64,000 nt of DNA. It comes from Candidatus Moraniibacteriota bacterium (GTDB taxonomy: Bacteria; Patescibacteriota; Minisyncoccia; Moranbacterales; DUUL01). The DNA lies in the NCBI GenBank assembly GCA_041596615.1, contig JBFHIG010000006.1, forward strand, positions 145-64,144. The letters run 5' to 3'. Shown one piece after another: positions 63,465-64,000 of this stretch; position 1 is the stretch's first letter, and every line of letters begins with the position of its first letter. The translations under genes were made by a program, and so were the position numbers. The notes below the pieces were generated by a model, which did not search any database, had not been told where the DNA came from, and worked only from the letters and a program-made list of their open reading frames with translations.

Positions 63465-63686
63465 TTAGTTAATTTTTGATATTTCAAGGGTATGTACAAT
63501 TTGTACCCATCCTCTTTTCAATTCAGGATCTCGTTGCTTCATTCTTTGCACATATTGCTTCGGATCACTTGAGTCGATAAGGGATAAAACGACATCTTCC
63601 ACCACAAACCACCATTCGTTATTGTGAATTGTTCTTCTGATTTTTTTGCCTTTGAAAATGGCAAGTTTAGGGTTTTCTTTTATCAT
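63465..63686 (-). CDS. short Bro-N-like fragment (possibly a truncated DinD/antirepressor-like gene)
   Basis: FKGKKIRRTIHNNEWWFVVEDVVLSLIDS matches the Bro-N N-terminal pattern. Full-length relatives that I recall are about 250 aa, whereas this ORF is 73 aa. Confidence 0.4.
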   Translation of the reverse strand: MIKENPKLAIFKGKKIRRTIHNNEWWFVVEDVVLSLIDSSDPKQYVQRMKQRDPELKRGWVQIVHTLEISKIN

Positions 63687-63716
63687 GATATTTTTGTAAT
63701 GTTAGCTACAATCATT

Positions 63717-64000
63717 CTAGCTTATTTTCTCTAAAATTTTAACCATTGCCAATGTATCCAACTCACAATATCTCAGGAGATTGTTTCTGATTGCTTCAAT
63801 TTCCTGCTTATCCATTTTTTCAAAGATTGTTCTGCCCCAGGCTTCGATTGCCATTGTTCCATTTTGCACGTCCAGCTCTGCATATGAAAGTTCTGGCACC
63901 AAAACAGGCAACACTTTTTTGATTGAGGCGCTTCCGTTGAATTCTGGATGCAGATAATCTTTCTTGAAAACCTTCATCAAATCAAAAATTCTCTCGTTCA
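63717..64000 (-). CDS. DUF2779-like protein, C-terminal part; gene continues beyond the window edge
   Basis: The minus-strand frame stays open from 63980 to the window edge (..NERIFDLMKVFKKDY..). ASIKKVLPVL ... RYCELDTLAMV resembles the DUF2779 C-terminus. Confidence 0.5.
   Translation of the reverse strand, partial: NERIFDLMKVFKKDYLHPEFNGSASIKKVLPVLVPELSYAELDVQNGTMAIEAWGRTIFEKMDKQEIEAIRNNLLRYCELDTLAMVKILEKIS

Noticed and set aside
1-64000. CRISPR arrays, rRNA, tRNA or tmRNA genes
   Set aside because: Scanning by eye found no regularly spaced direct repeats with unique spacers, no cloverleaf-compatible segments (no GTTCGAATC-type T-arms with matching acceptor stems) and no rRNA-like stretches. 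A tRNAscan/Infernal run would be needed to be certain.
1-64000. Alternative genetic code (for example UGA or UAA reassignment)
   Set aside because: Long housekeeping and phage ORFs are intact under the standard code, and all three stop codons (TAA, TAG, TGA) terminate well-defined genes. The single in-frame TAA at 55876-55878 is better explained locally.

Overview
This is an AT-rich bacterial chromosome segment. The compact gene style and gene content are reminiscent of a small-genome uncultivated bacterium such as Patescibacteria/CPR, but that is inference only. All family calls come from reading motifs in the supplied translations; no database search was possible.

**Layout**
- Left flank (1-7.7 kb): housekeeping genes, including an M16 peptidase, an AI-2E transporter, a TagA-like glycosyltransferase, a NUDIX hydrolase, gltX and a secreted coiled-coil/Cys-peptidase.
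- Middle (about 7.75-38.9 kb): an apparently intact ~31-kb temperate podovirus-like prophage. It is bounded by a ~100-bp direct repeat whose last 56 bp are identical.
- Right flank (39-64 kb): an S26 peptidase, a Cas4-like nuclease, a Pif1-type helicase, galE, rlmN, a csoR-copA copper operon, a thermonuclease, purC, NIF3, HD hydrolases and several small unknowns.

**Prophage content**
- An SLT-type transglycosylase and a replication initiator with in-gene iterons.
- A DUF2829 (Tad2-like) protein followed by a second small sponge-like ORF.
- A GC-rich 188-nt element closed by a perfect 17-bp stem, just upstream of a Cys-rich ORF and a small tyrosine recombinase.
- TerS, a TerL split into two ORFs by a small inserted gene, portal, scaffold and capsid.
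- An accessory island holding a DUF4065/Panacea antitoxin-like gene overlapping an unknown toxin-like ORF, plus an antisense operon (S26 signal peptidase and a polytopic membrane protein) with its own promoter and terminators.
- A 1631-aa virion protein, tail proteins, a holin/XhlA/Cys-peptidase lysis cassette, a 24-bp inverted-repeat-bounded 264-bp segment, and a terminal XerC/D-like integrase.

**Most interesting candidates**
- The accessory island at 23.3-25.5 kb.
- The two inverted-repeat-bounded segments, each lying upstream of a tyrosine recombinase.
- The sponge-like pair at 11.7-12.2 kb.

No CRISPR array, rRNA, tRNA or reverse transcriptase was seen.
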